From NCBI GenBank assembly GCA_025594325.1, contig JANHCV010000012.1, positions 372,001-436,000 on the forward strand: a stretch of 64,000 bases of DNA. The letters are read 5' to 3'. The position numbers were made by a program, and so were the translations under genes. This document shows positions 20,612 through 30,262 of this stretch, piece after piece. Under the pieces are notes generated by a model. That model was not told the DNA's origin. It saw only the letters and a program-made list of their open reading frames with translations, and ran no database searches. Each line of letters opens with the position of its first letter. Positions within the stretch are counted from its first letter, which is position 1. Origin of the DNA: Blastocladiella emersonii ATCC 22665 (Eukaryota > Fungi > Blastocladiomycota).

Positions 20612-21886
20612 ACCCTGCAGCTCTTGGGGCGGATGTGTGGCATGTGTACTCTCCCTCTCCCGCTATAAAACCGTATCGGCTGAGGAACTGTCCACCGGCG
20701 CAAAAGTGGGACGACGTTTTCGTTACGCGGTCCCACAGCGCGGATCGAGCTGAACCGCGTTGTTCACATTCGCGTGACGCGGGCGTGTTCGGCGCGCGCA
20801 CTAAAGTATGTCGGGGGAGGCGAACATATATATTCCCTGCATTGGAGGCGGAAATGTACACACGACTAAACGACTACTCCGCAGTTACGGGTCATCGCCT
20901 CAACTTGGGCGTCCAGCAACTGCATGATCTGATCCCGCGCGGCAACGCCGAGCTGGGGCTGCAACATCTCGCCTGCGAGCTTGAGCAGATTGTGCCAGTC
21001 GTCAATTTCAAACTCCTCGAGGCGGATATCGAGGTTCTCGATGACGGGCGATCTGCCGGAGTGCGGAAATGTATAGCCCGCATTGCCGTGATGCGTAAGC
21101 CAGCACCTCGTGCGAATGCAAGTTGACTTCGGATACATCAGAGCGAAAGACAGGCTGTGAGCGGCTCGAAGCGTAATTCGTCGCGCGTGCTCAAAGACGT
21201 CGTCACGGCAGAGTCGCTTTGCGTCGCACCAATCCGGTCGGGAAGGTCGGCGTCTCGCCTAGCCCCAATCGGAAGGACACCCCGAGATCTTGAGTATTCA
21301 GAAGAAGGTGATCTCGGTCATCGAATGCCGATACACGGACGGTAGGTGGTCATCGTGTCGTCCCCGGCGGACGGCACGCGCGATCGGACACGGCGGATCA
21401 GGTCATTTCAATAAGTTTTCATTAGCTTTCGCATCCATTACCATGATAATTGACGTTGCAGCAAGAGAGAAGGGGAGGCGAGTGCGAGAAACGAAGAGGT
21501 ACTTTGGATCTGGCAGCGCGTCACGCAGCGGCACGTGATGTTTGATCGGCCGCCCGAACGGCCGCCGTCGTCCCGTCCTCCCCCTCTCCGGATCGGGTCT
21601 TGCAACACCCCTCACCATCGCCAGCACTCGCCGGGACGGCCCGCCTGCAACGTATCGACTCTGTGCACCGAGTCCCGCCTCCGGCTCGACGCCCGCCCGG
21701 CCCCGGGGCCCGCAATTCTCGCCCGATCTGGCCCTAGACGGCCCTCGTCTCCTCTACATGTACACAGCGGGACTCCCTACTCGTCCATGTTGCCCACGGA
21801 TCGAGTGAGCTGATCGCCGTGCGGACCGTGTAGCCTGCCCTGCCCGCCGCCCTCGCTCGCCATCCCCCGCCGGCCCGGCCCGCTGC

Positions 21887-24800
21887 ATGTCCATCTGCGC
21901 CCTGCTCCGATCGAGGCGTGCCTCTGCGCTGCGCACCACGGTCGCTGTTGCTGCGTCTACTGCGTCGCTGGTCCCACCATTGCCGCGGTTCGGGCATGCT
22001 GCGCGATCACCGTGTCCGCTCTCGCTGTCGCCGTTCCCGCCACGAGCTCGGCTCTGCAGCACCGCTGCCCCTGCGACCTCGGCGGCGTGTCCCGATGCAC
22101 TCTCGTGGCCTCATAGATTACCGGAATCTCGCGCCGTGCCCCTGCTGGTGCCGCCACGACCGCACCCTCGCCCGCCACTCGCTCCCGTACCCTCCACCCC
22201 CGTGCACCAGTGCGCGCCGAGACGATCCATGGCCACCTCAGCCGGAGCGCGTCCGTTGCAGTACGACCAGGCCTCAATCGACGCCTACGTGTCGACGGTC
22301 AAGGCCGACCTAGCGAAGCGCGGCATCCACCCGCTGCTCGAGGGCCCCGACGTCTACGTCGCACGCACTTCCGAGGAGGCCGACCTGCTCGCCGCGCTGT
22401 TCCGCCGCGACCCGATCCTCGGCATCGACACCAAACTGCTGCCGCCGCACTACGTCCCGTGGGAGCACCTCTCCTCGTCGTCGGCCGGCAACGCCGGCGG
22501 CGACCCGCCACCACCACACTCGCCCGACCCGTCCGAGTCGCCGCCACCATCCGACGGCGACGCCTACTACGCGGGCGCCGAGCCGCTGCCGCAGATCGAC
22601 GTCTTCACCGACGAGTTTGCGCCCGAGCGGAGGACCCGGCCGCCGCCAAATCCGCGGCAAGCGTTCGTCGATGCGCTCCCGCCCGACCTCGTGCAGTACC
22701 ACCTGTCGCGCGCGCCGCTCGACCAGCCGCACCGCGGCCTGCCGACCATGGCGAACCGGCGGCCCGTGTCGCTGCTCCAGATCGCATCGCACCACTCGTG
22801 CGTGCTGTTTCAGGTCCGCCGCATCCTGCTGCAGCCGCCGTTCCGGTTCCCGCCGCAGCTGCGCCGGCTGCTGGCGAACCGCCGCGCGGCCAAGTATGCC
22901 GTCAACGCGTCGCGCCTCCGCCTGCAGCTGTCGCACTCGTACCAGGTGTTCCCCGCCACCGCGCTCGACATCCGGTCCGCGTGCGAGGCTGCGCAAGTCG
23001 GGTCCTCCAACGGCGCCGCCCTCGACTGGGAGGAGCTGCGCATGCTGTTCCGCCCGGGACCCAACTGGACTCTGCGCGCGCCCGCGCACATCCACGACTA
23101 CCCGCAGACCGACTGGGACGCGCCCCTGCTCGACGCCACGTGCGCGCGCCAGGCCGCCGACGAGGCGTTCCTGCGCTACCTCGTCGCGGTGAAGCTCGCG
23201 TCGCACGGCGCCCTGCCCCGCGGCGTCTCGGTCAACTCGCTCGTGACACCGCCCTCTGCGCCCGACGCGCCGCCGTCCACCGTCGATCCCGCGGATACGT
23301 CTGCGGTCGCCGTCGACGACCGCGAGGCCCTCGCCGCGCTCGCGCGCAAGTGCATCCACCACAAGCTCGCGGACCGCGCCGCCGCCGCCGCCTCGGCCAA
23401 CCCGGCTTCGCCCGCACCACCATCACTATTCGCCTTCATTCCCGCCGTCTCGGCGCGCCACGTCATCCACTACATGTCCTCCAAGTATACCCCGTGGCGC
23501 GCCGCGTACGGCGAGGGCGACCGCACCAAGCGGCTGACGGCGCTGCTCCTCGACCTCGTGCGCGACGGCGCCCTCGTCCTGTACCCGTCCCTGACGCCTG
23601 GCGCGCCACCCGTCGACCCGGGCGTCGTGTCCCCGAAAATGGTACCCGCCATGTACCTCGCGGTCGCCGAGCGGCGCGCCGCTGCCGCCGCTGCGGGCCT
23701 GACGCTCGCTGTCCCGCCATCACTACCCGTGGCGCCCGCCGAGGCCGCCGCCGACGCGGCCGCGCACGGCGACCTCGCGATGATCCCCGAGTCCGAGATC
23801 TGGGCGACCGCGCCGTTCAAGGCGGCCTTCGTGCGCAAGGTCGCCGACGCGCTCGCCGCGCACGTGCGGTCCGCGCACCCGGACCTCGTCGTCGACGCGC
23901 CCGTCGCGGGCTCGGCGGCCGAGTTCCGCGCCACCACGTCCGTCGCCGCTGTCCGCAACCTCCTCGCGCACTCGCCCGCGGTCTCGGGCCTCCCGCTCTC
24001 GCTCCGCGCGCGTGAGGCGCTCGTCGACCACGCGCTGCGGCTCCTGCACCTCGACGGCGTCGTGCTCGCAGACCCGCTCGACCCATCGCGCGTCGCGTGG
24101 GCGCGTGGGGATCCGACGCGGATCACCGCGCAGCACGTCGTCGATGCGGGACCGTGTCCCGACGCGCTCCTCCTGCGCCTGTTCGACGCGGTCACCGCGA
24201 CGTCCGTCGTGCGCACGTCCCGCGCGGTGCGGCGGGACGCGCTCGCGCGTGTCCTTGTCACGGGGACCCGGATGCTGCCCTGGATCCGCGCTGCGTGTCT
24301 CGGGTCCGACGCCGCCGAGGCTGCGGGGTGGAACGTCGACCGCGACGGCGCCGCGCTCCTCGCCGAGTGGGTCATTGACGGGTGGTGCGACCGGCACGCC
24401 GCGACTGCGTTCACGGACGATCTGGGCACCCGGTTCGTGCACCTCCACACGCCCGTCCCGCTGCGGAAGCCGGCACCTGCCGTCGCTTCGCCCGCCGAAA
24501 CCTCGACCACGCTGAGCGCGCTCGGCGGCTGGCACCCGGACTCGATGCGCGTCCTCGCGGGTCTCGGGATCCCGCGGACCCCCGACACCCCGCTCGCCCT
24601 ACCGCGCGTATCCGCCGACGACCTTGCCGTCGTTGCATCGGCGCTCCGCCGCGAGCGCGCGCACCTCGACGAGTTCAAGCTGTCGGCACTCGACCACTGG
24701 CTGCGGTTCTCGTTCCCGGTCCAGTCGCTCCCCTCGCTCTCCTCCAGCAGCAGCCAGGGCGCCGTCACGGACCGGCAAGTCGCCGCCATCATCGACGCGT

Positions 24801-25309
24801 GCGTCGCCGCGCGCGTCCTGGTCCCGACCACGGGCCGCGCGCGGTACGTCGTCAACCACGCGGCGCTGCTCGCCGACCCCGACGCCGCGGCCGCGATGCC
24901 CGTCCCGAAACCGTACGCGTTCCCGGACCAGGCGACGATCCAGCGGCTCGTTCTCCCCGCGCTCGCGAGCCCGGGGAGGGGCGAGGGGATGGCGCCCGAC
25001 ACGATGCGCGAGACGATTGCCGCGGCGCTCGCGGCGGCCGCGTCGCCGTCCAGCGTGCGGCGGAGAAGCAGTAGGGCCGAGACGGACGAGGTCGTCGAGT
25101 GGGTCGTCTGGCTCCTCCGCCGCCGCGGGTGGATCGCCACCGAGAGCGTGGTGCGCGTCACGCGCACGGGCGAGAAGAAGGCGTTTGTTCCTGCTGGTGG
25201 AAGCGCTGGCGAGAGCGGGGCGAGGAGGAGGAGCGGCGACACGGCGAACCCAGCGAAGCCCGCAGCGAAGAAGGCGGGCGAGGATTGGCGGAATCGGAGG
25301 CGGAAATGA
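21887..25309 (+). CDS. Large protein with a degenerate WRN/EXD-type 3'-5' exonuclease domain and possible tandem winged-helix repeats
   Basis: ILGIDT, VSLLQIAS..SCVLFQV, P.LRRLLAN...KYAV, TDWDAPLLD...QAADE; N-terminus resembles a mitochondrial presequence; alternative start 22229. Confidence 0.7.
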   Translation: MSICALLRSRRASALRTTVAVAASTASLVPPLPRFGHAARSPCPLSLSPFPPRARLCSTAAPATSAACPDALSWPHRLPESRAVPLLVPPRPHPRPPLAPVPSTPVHQCAPRRSMATSAGARPLQYDQASIDAYVSTVKADLAKRGIHPLLEGPDVYVARTSEEADLLAALFRRDPILGIDTKLLPPHYVPWEHLSSSSAGNAGGDPPPPHSPDPSESPPPSDGDAYYAGAEPLPQIDVFTDEFAPERRTRPPPNPRQAFVDALPPDLVQYHLSRAPLDQPHRGLPTMANRRPVSLLQIASHHSCVLFQVRRILLQPPFRFPPQLRRLLANRRAAKYAVNASRLRLQLSHSYQVFPATALDIRSACEAAQVGSSNGAALDWEELRMLFRPGPNWTLRAPAHIHDYPQTDWDAPLLDATCARQAADEAFLRYLVAVKLASHGALPRGVSVNSLVTPPSAPDAPPSTVDPADTSAVAVDDREALAALARKCIHHKLADRAAAAASANPASPAPPSLFAFIPAVSARHVIHYMSSKYTPWRAAYGEGDRTKRLTALLLDLVRDGALVLYPSLTPGAPPVDPGVVSPKMVPAMYLAVAERRAAAAAAGLTLAVPPSLPVAPAEAAADAAAHGDLAMIPESEIWATAPFKAAFVRKVADALAAHVRSAHPDLVVDAPVAGSAAEFRATTSVAAVRNLLAHSPAVSGLPLSLRAREALVDHALRLLHLDGVVLADPLDPSRVAWARGDPTRITAQHVVDAGPCPDALLLRLFDAVTATSVVRTSRAVRRDALARVLVTGTRMLPWIRAACLGSDAAEAAGWNVDRDGAALLAEWVIDGWCDRHAATAFTDDLGTRFVHLHTPVPLRKPAPAVASPAETSTTLSALGGWHPDSMRVLAGLGIPRTPDTPLALPRVSADDLAVVASALRRERAHLDEFKLSALDHWLRFSFPVQSLPSLSSSSSQGAVTDRQVAAIIDACVAARVLVPTTGRARYVVNHAALLADPDAAAAMPVPKPYAFPDQATIQRLVLPALASPGRGEGMAPDTMRETIAAALAAAASPSSVRRRSSRAETDEVVEWVVWLLRRRGWIATESVVRVTRTGEKKAFVPAGGSAGESGARRRSGDTANPAKPAAKKAGEDWRNRRRK

Positions 25310-25365
25310 ACGAGCGAACGGTGTGGGGTGGTGTTCCAATACAGATCATGTACTACCTCATGTAT

Positions 25366-25900
25366 TCAGCCTTGCGTGACGGTTAGACCGCTGATCGTTT
25401 CGCTTGGGTAGAGTGAAGAAGCGACGATGAGAAAGTGGAGGCGGGACAAGGTCCTTGAGCAGAGCAACGACCACATCCGACTCGCAAGTTCTGCCAAAGG
25501 ATTACGAGCGACGCGTTCGTGGGGAGCGCCTTGACCAACGTAACGAACCATGCGGGTTGTTCCTGACGCGGGAGTCCTCGAGTTGCGGCAGGAAAGCGCC
25601 TGAGCGTTCTCAACCGTGATGTTGTTCTCATGAGCGACAAGAGCCGCCAGAAAGTACGGCCGACGCGTCTCAAGCATCGCGAAACACCCAGGTTCGCGCT
25701 GACAACTGTTGAGCTTCAGTCGAATCAGTTGTTGAGGCAAGTGTCGAGCAAGGCGGGCCTGAGGTTCACGAGCGTCCGCGAACGACCAAGCCCAGTGAGC
25801 GAGCGCGGAACCGAGCGGAAAAGAACATTTGCGTCCTGCGCGCTACCCAAAGCGTTATCGAACACGTCGAGACGCTTCAATGGGTGGTGGAACCGGGGTA
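25366..25900 (-). pseudogene. Degenerate LRR fragment of the F-box/ankyrin/LRR family
   Basis: Broken frames encode PLKRLDVFDNALGSAQDANVLFRSVP and QQLIRLKLNSCQ..ENNIT, collinear with LRR-2. Confidence 0.7.
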
Positions 25901-27283
25901 CAAATCCGTGAGAGTCAGCGGGAGGCATGCAGCCAACTGCTTGAGCCCCGAGTCGCTGAGCTTCGCGCCGGCGAGGCTCAGTGACGAAAGTCGAGGCCAG
26001 CAGCCGTCCGCGAGAAAAGGGACACATGCGTCCGTGGCGTTGATCCGGTCCAAACGTAGAATCCGCAAACGAGAAGCAGTTCCCTTGGCAAGCTCGCGGA
26101 GCCCCTTGTAACCCAATGGATTGCTGCTAACGCTCAACTCTTCGAGATTCGGAGGAAGGTGGCGCGCGAAGAGCGCGGCCTCGTTGCTCGTAAAGTTGTT
26201 TGAGTTGAGGCGAAGAATTTTCAAGGTGAGCGGGAGGCCTGGGACAAGTACTGCAACACCCAATGGCGGGAGCTCGCAATGAGAGAGGGTCAGTTCTGTG
26301 AGCTGGCGCGGTAGATACTTGGCAAGTAAATCTACGCGGTCGGCATCGAGCTGCGCGCCAGCAAGGTCGAGCGAGGAGAGCATGGGTGGAAGCAAGCGGA
26401 ACAAAACCTCGGTGTCAAGCACATCGCCAAAGTCGTTGAATGAGAGGTCCAGACTCTCCAAAGTAGGCGGGAACGGCGAAGTATGGTCGATCCGGCCAAT
26501 TTGCCAGCACCCACACTCACCCAGTTCCGCGGAAGCTCGAGCACCTTGACGGACTTGGGAAGCCGCATCGCGCCAAGTGTCGTGAAGGTAAGGTCGCAGC
26601 AGTGCAAGGCCAAATACGCAACGTTTGCAGCGGGATCGGCCAGGGCGTCCGATATTTCAGCGATGCCGGCCTTGGTGATCCGCATGTGCGCGCAGTACAC
26701 GTCGTTGATTGAGCCATCACGCACGTCGGGAAGCATTCGTTTGAGCACCTCGTCGCCTGGCGGATATGCCCCGCACTCGAGGTCCTACAAACCACAGTGA
26801 GTATGCTGCACTAGTCGGAAACAACGTTAAATTTTGACTTACATAAGCTCGTTCATCAATGTGGAGTTCGCTCTCCTCCCCTCCTCGTCCTCGACACAGG
26901 TCCTGTTGAAGTGCACGTGGACTGTGAACCCGACCATGCAGTTGGGTAGCGGAAGCTCCGTGTGACGCCTCCACCAATCGAGCGACTTGTACACAAAAGT
27001 AGCGTCGGTGTTTGCGTGACTCGTGTACTCGAGTGGGCGCGTGGAGCGAACCCAAGCCTCAAGTACGTTGATGCGGCCCGTCGCGCTAGCGTAGTCCATG
27101 GAGATTGACATGGTATGGTCCTGGATCGCTCGATGGACGAGCGGAGCATGGGCGCGGGGCATGACGCGCGAGTATCGAGACATCGCGATGACGTCGTCGG
27201 GGTCGTGCGACCGGACCGCAAAGCAGGATCCAGTCGAGAACAATAAGTGGCAATGCAGGAAGTCTCGTATTCATTGGATTCAT
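25877..27283 (-). pseudogene. F-box-like/ankyrin-like/LRR gene copy 1 (frameshifted)
   Basis: Clear paralog of 30263-31744; 2-bp deletion near 27222 and 1-bp offsets near the intron donor (intron 26785-26842) and near 26495. Confidence 0.8.
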
Positions 27284-27377
27284 GGTGTGTGTTTGGGGTA
27301 CGGTCCGCTGGAGAGTTCAGTGCTGACAAGCGGCGCCAGGGAAGGCAAGCGCCATGTTGGGAACGGTCAGCTTGGAC

Positions 27378-27398
27378 CCCGTGAGTGGCGCATCGCGT
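27378..27398 (-). promoter_or_regulatory. Conserved upstream block shared by LRR copies 1 and 2
   Basis: CCCGTGAGTGGCGCA identical to 31829-31843, 85-95 bp upstream of both ATGs, while the flanks are diverged. Confidence 0.45.
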
Positions 27399-27479
27399 GC
27401 TTCAGCAAGTGTAGCCTTTCTATACCCGCTCAATTCGAGTCATATGAGGGCACCAAAACTGCGTTCCATTTGCGAGCGT

Positions 27480-29819
27480 TCAGGCATTGTCGACACCATC
27501 CATGAGCCCGTCACAGGCCTCGTCGCGCTGCTTGCGCGCGCGCCGCTGCAGAGTCGTGAAGTGGGTCGACTGATTCACAACGACGCCTTTGCCCCGAACT
27601 GCCGCCGATCCGACGGCGCACGCCTCCGTGTCGTCAACCGGCGCGAGTCGGACCACGCTCGTTGGGGGCTCCGTCGGCAGCGCCACGAGCGCGAGCGTCG
27701 TTTCCTGGAGCAAGTCGATCTTGGTCGGCCCGTTGGCAATCGTGTTGAACGCCGTGTCGCCCGGCCGGCGCGGCACGAACGCAAACTCGTACATGGTCGC
27801 GATCACCGCCGAGTGCAGGTTGCCCCAGTTGAGCCCGAACGCGAAGAGCAGGACGGCGAGGAGCGCGACGAGCGAGGCGACAAGCTCCCACACCTCGACG
27901 CCGACCACCGTCTGGACAAACAGCTGTGGCCCGCCGGGCAGCTCGTACGTCGGCACGCTCTGCGTCTCCTGCAGCCACCCGCCCGAGTTGGCGAGGTTGA
28001 GCAGCGTGCGGCCCCACCCGTCCGTACTCCCGACGCCGACGGCGGGAGACGACGCGGCGGAAGCCTTGCCGCCACTGGAAAAGTACGTGTTCTTAACGGC
28101 CGAAAGCGCCGTGGTCCACGTCCACGGGCGCGACCCGTTCTGGACGTTGAAATTGTCGAGACACTGCACGGACATGGGCTGTGGCTGCGGTGCGAGCTGG
28201 ACGGCGCCGACGAGATCAATCAAGCTGTCGTAAAGCGAGCCGCCCGAGTCATCGGTCTCCCACGCGGTCTGCGACGTGTTGAACTGCTGGATGCGGGTCT
28301 TGCACACCTGCGCGCCGGCGAGAAAAGTAACGAGCGGAACCGGGTTCCGCGCGCTGATCGAGTTGAGGAAGAAGCGTGAGGAAGCCGAGGCACCGCTCGC
28401 TGAAAGCGTGCACGACTTGAGCTCGCGCTTCGGGTCGGCGCCCTTGGCCGCCAAGTCGCCGAAAAGCGTGAAGCGCGACGTGTTCTTGTTCTCGGGCTCG
28501 GGCGACGAGACGCCCGGCTTGAAGACGCCGACCGACTGCTGCGTCGTGTTGCACGCCATGGAGACGCGCGTGCTGAGCGCCTCGCGCAGCGTCGAGTCCT
28601 GGTACTTGGTCGCGTTCCAGTTGAAGAAGTCGGACGCGACGGCGAGCGCCGTGCGCTTGTCCGTGGGCGTGCCGCTCGACTCGGAGCCAAAAGTCAAGAA
28701 CTCCACCGTCAAGTTGTTGAGCTTGCTGACCGTCGTGTGCGCGAAGATGGCCACCGAGTACCCGACGGCGGCCCGCGACTGGTACGGAAGGTACTCGGCC
28801 GCGTCGAGGAAGAACATGGTGCCCGAGTTGCCCGGGACCGTGTTGTTGACGTCGCCGGGCGAGACGAAGATGGGCGGCGCGCCCTTGGTCGCCTCGTACT
28901 TTTCGGCAAACCACGCGTCCACGTCTTCGGGAAGCAGGCCGCACTCCATGGTGTACCCGATCGCGTCCTTGCCCTCGGCGATGACGCCGCTGATGGGCCG
29001 GCGCTGCATCGCGAGTCCGCCGCCCGCGTCGCCCGTGGCACTCGCGAGGTCGCTCGACGAGTCGGACGTGTAAGCGTACGGCACTGGGACCGTGACGTAG
29101 AAGTTAAGCCAGCCCGTCTTGGATCGGGAAACGAGTTGGAGCACCGAGAAGAACTGCTGGAACCCGAACGTGTTGTACCGGCGCGCGTTGAACTGGACCG
29201 GGACCGGATAGACGAGCGAGCCGCGGTCGACGCCCAGCTTCGTACCGTCCATGGGCTGCACGGGGTTGGGCGCACTACCGCACGCGCCCGGATAGAGCGT
29301 GGCAAGCGAAGCGTCAATGTCCGAGAACGAGCCCGCGGTCCGCAGCCACGCCGAGTCGGTATCCGGGCGAGGAAGCATCGAGTTGAGCACGCCGAGCATC
29401 GCGTCGCGCGGCATGGGCCGGCCCGTGACCAGCGTCGGGATAAACTTGCGATCGGTCGGGTTGCTGGGGCGGGAGAACACGAGACGCATTTCGCGGCGGT
29501 CGCGTATGGCGCCGAAAGCAAACGAGAGCGTGATGTCGACGATGGTCGCCGTGGCCGAGAGGACGAAGAGAGCGAAGACCCAGCCGAGCTTGGGCCAGCG
29601 ACTGCTGCTGCCGTCGGCGCGGCGCCACTGGGTGGCGGCCTGGAACACGGTCGAGACAGCAGCGGCGGGGAGCGAGAGACTGGACAGAAGGAGCAGACCG
29701 GGGCGGCGCGAGAAGACGAACTGGTAGACGAGCGTCGCGAGGGCGCTCGAGGCGATGATGCGGGTGGCCGTGGCCCACGCGCTGAACTCGGTCAGGCCGA
29801 GCAAGATGGGCGGCGGCAT
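27480..29819 (-). CDS. Hypothetical membrane glycoprotein (two N-terminal TMs, large ectodomain, one C-terminal TM)
   Basis: Intronless ORF; hydrophobic stretches at the N-terminus and at WELVASLVALLAVLLFAFGL; sequons NNT, NLT, NAT, NTT, NTS x2, NGS. Confidence 0.75.
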   Translation of the reverse strand: MPPPILLGLTEFSAWATATRIIASSALATLVYQFVFSRRPGLLLLSSLSLPAAAVSTVFQAATQWRRADGSSSRWPKLGWVFALFVLSATATIVDITLSFAFGAIRDRREMRLVFSRPSNPTDRKFIPTLVTGRPMPRDAMLGVLNSMLPRPDTDSAWLRTAGSFSDIDASLATLYPGACGSAPNPVQPMDGTKLGVDRGSLVYPVPVQFNARRYNTFGFQQFFSVLQLVSRSKTGWLNFYVTVPVPYAYTSDSSSDLASATGDAGGGLAMQRRPISGVIAEGKDAIGYTMECGLLPEDVDAWFAEKYEATKGAPPIFVSPGDVNNTVPGNSGTMFFLDAAEYLPYQSRAAVGYSVAIFAHTTVSKLNNLTVEFLTFGSESSGTPTDKRTALAVASDFFNWNATKYQDSTLREALSTRVSMACNTTQQSVGVFKPGVSSPEPENKNTSRFTLFGDLAAKGADPKRELKSCTLSASGASASSRFFLNSISARNPVPLVTFLAGAQVCKTRIQQFNTSQTAWETDDSGGSLYDSLIDLVGAVQLAPQPQPMSVQCLDNFNVQNGSRPWTWTTALSAVKNTYFSSGGKASAASSPAVGVGSTDGWGRTLLNLANSGGWLQETQSVPTYELPGGPQLFVQTVVGVEVWELVASLVALLAVLLFAFGLNWGNLHSAVIATMYEFAFVPRRPGDTAFNTIANGPTKIDLLQETTLALVALPTEPPTSVVRLAPVDDTEACAVGSAAVRGKGVVVNQSTHFTTLQRRARKQRDEACDGLMDGVDNA

Positions 29820-30262
29820 GGTTGCGATTGCATTAGCTTCGTGGTGAGAGTGCGGCGAGTTGATGCTCTCGTTCGGGGAGAGAGAGCGAGAATCCGGGGC
29901 GCGGGGCAGGCCGCAGCGAGCGCACCGGATTTGCGTTCGTCCGGCGAGCGCCCGCTGTGCCCACGTGGCGCCGCCGCGCGACCCCGGATCCCCTTGCGCT
30001 AAGGTTAGCGACGAATTCGGCAGGATGCTTATCTCTCGCGAGTCCCTGCAACCTGGCATCGGCACGAACTTCATGCATTCTCTCCAGCCATGCGTGATGA
30101 GACGAACGAGTAGGAGAATGGGAGAACGCGAGGATGGCGGACGCGCGTCCTTGTCAAGCTCACGTCCAATGAGCTCGTCCCTGCGACTGCCTGTGATGTT
30201 GGGGCTCACAGAGAAGGCAAAAGAGATCTATTTACCCGCGACGCAACGACGCGAGCGCGCGT

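Noticed and set aside
20866-21627. Short minus-strand ORFs (90 aa and 74 aa) as a possible gene
   Set aside because: No consistent splice model or recognisable motif; at most a relic
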